The position numbers and the translations under genes are program-made. This document shows positions 18,057 through 21,436 of a stretch of 21,436 nt of DNA, one piece after another. Where the stretch lies: contig NW_003314283.1 in assembly GCF_000143415.4 (NCBI RefSeq), positions 1,207,890 to 1,229,325 of the forward strand, written 5' to 3'. The notes beneath the pieces were generated by a model. The model had not been told where the DNA came from. It searched no databases and saw nothing but the letters and a program-made list of their open reading frames with translations. Each line of letters starts with the position of its first letter. Position 1 is the first letter of the stretch. Origin of the DNA: Selaginella moellendorffii. Its lineage: Eukaryota; Plantae; Lycopodiophyta.

Positions 18057-20454
18057 ATGATGATAGGAGTTGTAACATCATTGTTGTTTTACTTGTATGC
18101 AGCCTAAGTGTTCAGCAGATTTTGCCCCAACAAGTGGAAGAATGCTCATCAAATACTGATTCCACAATGTAGTATCGGTAGCTTGTGGCAATTACGAAGG
18201 TAAACTCAACTCTATTGGTAATATTGGATCATGACTATATAAAAGTTTATATAGTGAAACATTAATAGAACTTTGCACCTCTGTGACATATGCATACTGA
18301 AAAGATGGTAAATAACCATCTCAATCTGAATGCTAAAAGTTCACGTACTTTGCGATCATTCCTTTGAATGTCCAAATGAGCCGTTCCACCAAACTATCTG
18401 ACTATGGATGATAATCACTCGTGAAAATGTGGCATATCCCCAACCGAGATGTCAAAACATGAAATGCCTCAAACATAAATATGGGACTATTATCCAAAAG
18501 AATTCGCTCCAAACAAGAATTCTGGAACACCACTTGATTGAGAAGGAAGTATTTAATATCAATTGCAGAGGTGCTAGCAAAAGCACCAACTTCCACTTAA
18601 CGAATCAAATAGTCAGAAGCAATAATAACATATTCATTGCCAACAGTCGATCGTGGAAAAGGTCTTATAAAGTTAAATGCTACTAATTCAAACAAACAGA
18701 AAACTTCAATTGACTCCAATTGTCCTTCCACGGCACGAGGGGGAGTATTACGAGCTTAGCACCAAATGCAGCTATACACATACTGGATAACATCATGTCA
18801 TATCTCCAGCTAATAACTTGTGCAACTTCTCGATCACACGACAATGTCCTATATGCTTGCCTAGAATAGAAGAATTATGGTAGGTATGGAGAAATTGTGG
18901 AATAAAGACAAAAAGCACCACCAACTGTAAAGGATCATCAGGATCTGTCCCCACAAAATAAAGAAGGCCATTTTCAAGGTGATATTGAGAATATAAATGT
19001 CGAAATAACAAATCATCAACAAGTGATGTAGGATTTTCAAACCCATCTCGAAGCCTTCGAATCTATGGCTCAAGCTTTTGAGCCTCGCGAACCTTATCAG
19101 GAGAAGATAGATCTTGCTCTGCACCTTGTAGACACTGACTATCAAGTACAACAACTGCCGACAGCAAAGAATCCTCATCTAGAAAATCCACAGATGCTGG
19201 AATAACAAGCTCATCAGAAACATGAGAAGAGAGTGGAGAAGGAAGAAGAGCTCGAGAAAGGGCATTAGCATCAGCCATAAAACTCCTTAGGTAATGAACA
19301 ACATTAAAATCATATATTTGAAGCTTCAAAGCCCACTAAGCAATACGACCAACCAAGTTCTTTCACTTCAATAATGAAGTAATGGCAGCATGATCACTTT
19401 CAAGTAACGTCCAAGAACCATGTAGATATGCATGAAGTTTCTTGAAACCCCAAACTACTATTAAACATTCCTTCTCTATCATGGAGTAGTTCACCTCCAC
19501 TGGTTGTAATGTATGGCTTATATACGCAATGGGATGGCGCTGACCAAGCATACTTAGGCTCTCTTGTATCAACACATCTCCAAGACCAATATCAAAAGCA
19601 TCCATGCGCAAAATAAAAAGGTCAAGTATAGTTAGGATATGCTAAAATCGGAGGAGTCGTCAATAGCTCTTTGAGATCCACGAATGTCTGCTCACAAGCT
19701 GAAGACCAAATAAATGACTTCAACAATGCCCACAATGGTGCAGTGCGATCAGAAAGATGATCCACAAAATGATCGAGAGAGTGCACCTTGCCCAAGAAGC
19801 ACTGCACATCAGTCATATACTTTGGAGTAGGGAACTTTAGAACAACCACAAGTTTGTCAAAATCAACTTGCAAACCCTCACGAGAAATATAATACCTAAG
19901 ATAAGTTGTGTCTTTGGACTCAAATACGCACTTTGACCACTTCAGCTTTAAACCAACATCCCATAGCCAATCTAACACTTTACAAACATCACAAACATGC
20001 TCCTCCCATGTCCTCTTTAAGTGAATCAAGATATCATTAATGAAGTCAACAATCACCTCCGACATATTGCAAAGAACCTCGTCCATCATCCGCTAGAAAA
20101 TTTCTGGAGCATTGTTCAAACCAAACAGCATTATCAAGAACTTATACAAACCAAATGATGTACAAAAAGCAGTGTTAGGAATATCTTCTTTGACCATCAG
20201 TACTTATTAGTACCTAGAAGTAAAATCTAGCTTGGTGAACTAACAACTTCGCCCCAAACGATCCAAAAGATCAGCAGTGTGAAGAAGAGGGTACATATTT
20301 GGGATCGTCACTTTTGTTTAATAGACAATAGTCGATGCAGAAATGAATACTCCCATCAGACTTTGTCACAAGATGAGGTTCACATGCCTAAGGACTTCGT
20401 GACTTCCAAATAATACCCTTCTCCTGTAAGCAACTAATTTTTCCATTCTACTTT

Positions 20455-21436
20455 TGTCACTTAACCACACCTCTGACCACTTGGAAGAGTCTCATTCACA
20501 ACCTCCATAAGTCCAATTTAGGACTTGGGGCTTGCTAACCCCAAAGATGGCATCTATGCCACTCAACGTTTGCACTTGGTCCAAGTGTTCCACGTGTCCG
20601 AGCCTATGATCGACACCCCAAGGTACCACCAACATCCAGCCCGCTATGTTAAGGCCATACCCATTCACCTTGGTCACACCGGTGGTCCAACACCACCAGC
20701 ATCACAATCCCATCTCTCAAAGATTGGGTAATCCGTCCATGAGTGGTTCTCTTAGATCCACTCCTTAGCATCCTTAGAATGCCTGCAGATATGGGGAACA
20801 GCCTTCCCCATTATCCCTTTTACGGTCCCCACCAAGTCCCGTTTCTATCCATGGCCGTGTTTGCCAACACTGCCACTCGGACAAGGTCCACTAATCCGAC
20901 CACTAAGTCTCCACTGTCCTCGGGGACTTCCTCACCACAAGACTGCATCTTTGGTCACCACACTAGAGGATTGCTCCTCTTCTTTTCCACAATTTGGGAC
21001 TTTGGGACAACATTTTGGAACACCGTGGCCTTACCCAAACCTCTTGGGTACTCTCCCCACCTTCTGCCTTTGGGTGCTCTAGCCATGGGCTTAGAGCAAA
21101 GTTCCATTGAGCCACACCAGGTATCCAAGTAGGTAGTGCCACCCACACTTGGACTAGGAGCATTGGCCATTCGATCTCCTAGGGGAACTAGAGCCGGCTC
21201 TTGAACACTTCACCAAGCTACCCCACTTGTCGGTTCGTATTCACTCTAGTTTTGGACTTCCGAGTGGTCAAGTCATCACCCAACACCTGGGACAGCCTTT
21301 CTGGGCCAAACTAGCCTTTCTTGGCCAAACTAACTCCACTGGGCTCCAACCCTCACACTCTCCCTACTATACTTTTGGAACCCCTTGCAGCCCCCCCCCC
21401 CCCCCCCCCCAAGGAGAAGATAGCTTTGGGCTTTCA
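20455..21436 (-). mobile_element. 3' end (PPT and 3' LTR) of an LTR-B-related retrotransposon abutting the host RT
   Basis: Minus strand reads TGAAAGCCCAAAGC..G20 PPT (21391-21410), then TGCAAGGGGTTCCAAAAGTATAGTAGGGA, near-identical to 17475-17545. Shared internal blocks TCTAAGCCCA, GAGTACCCA, GGACACGTGG. The LTR end at GTGACA (20455) is inferred from where RT homology resumes. Confidence 0.75.

Larger units (their letters stand above)
13826..20454 (-). mobile_element. Ty3/gypsy LTR retrotransposon (host element): decayed RT-RH-INT, PPT and short 3' LTR
   Basis: RT at 20450-19620 (GSIHFCIDY, KLDF, FGLNNAP, FINDILI). RNase H at 19611-19250 (DAFDIGLG, NYSMIEKECL, SDH, ANALSR). Integrase HHCC at ~18890-18760, core LLDNSPIF / YHP..DSLVER, GPY motif at ~14215. 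PPT at 13981-13992. No chromodomain seen. Confidence 0.93.

Noticed and set aside
20492-21170. ORFs of 61-129 aa near the window end
   Set aside because: They lie within the inferred LTR and show no gag or protease motifs.

Overview
Eukaryotic plant DNA, rich in transposons. The short introns, GC-rich exons in AT-rich DNA and gene families suggest a lycophyte such as Selaginella, but this is inference only. From left to right: a decayed minus-strand CACTA transposase; an intronless GDSL-lipase fragment; an orphan last exon of a purple acid phosphatase; an unannotated 3-exon gene candidate with a LEM-like/HeH domain, an AT-hook-like basic linker and a C-terminal transmembrane helix; an intact germin-like protein gene; a second germin copy cut by a CACTA insertion; a probable LINE remnant; and a minus-strand Ty3/gypsy element. 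The gypsy integrase is interrupted by a 3.7-kb composite LTR insertion (ATGAT target-site duplication, non-matching terminal LTRs), and its RT start abuts another LTR element at the window end. The most interesting items are the LAP2/emerin-like gene candidate (4660-5347), the composite retroelement (14321-18056) and covarying hairpins just before the polypurine tracts.
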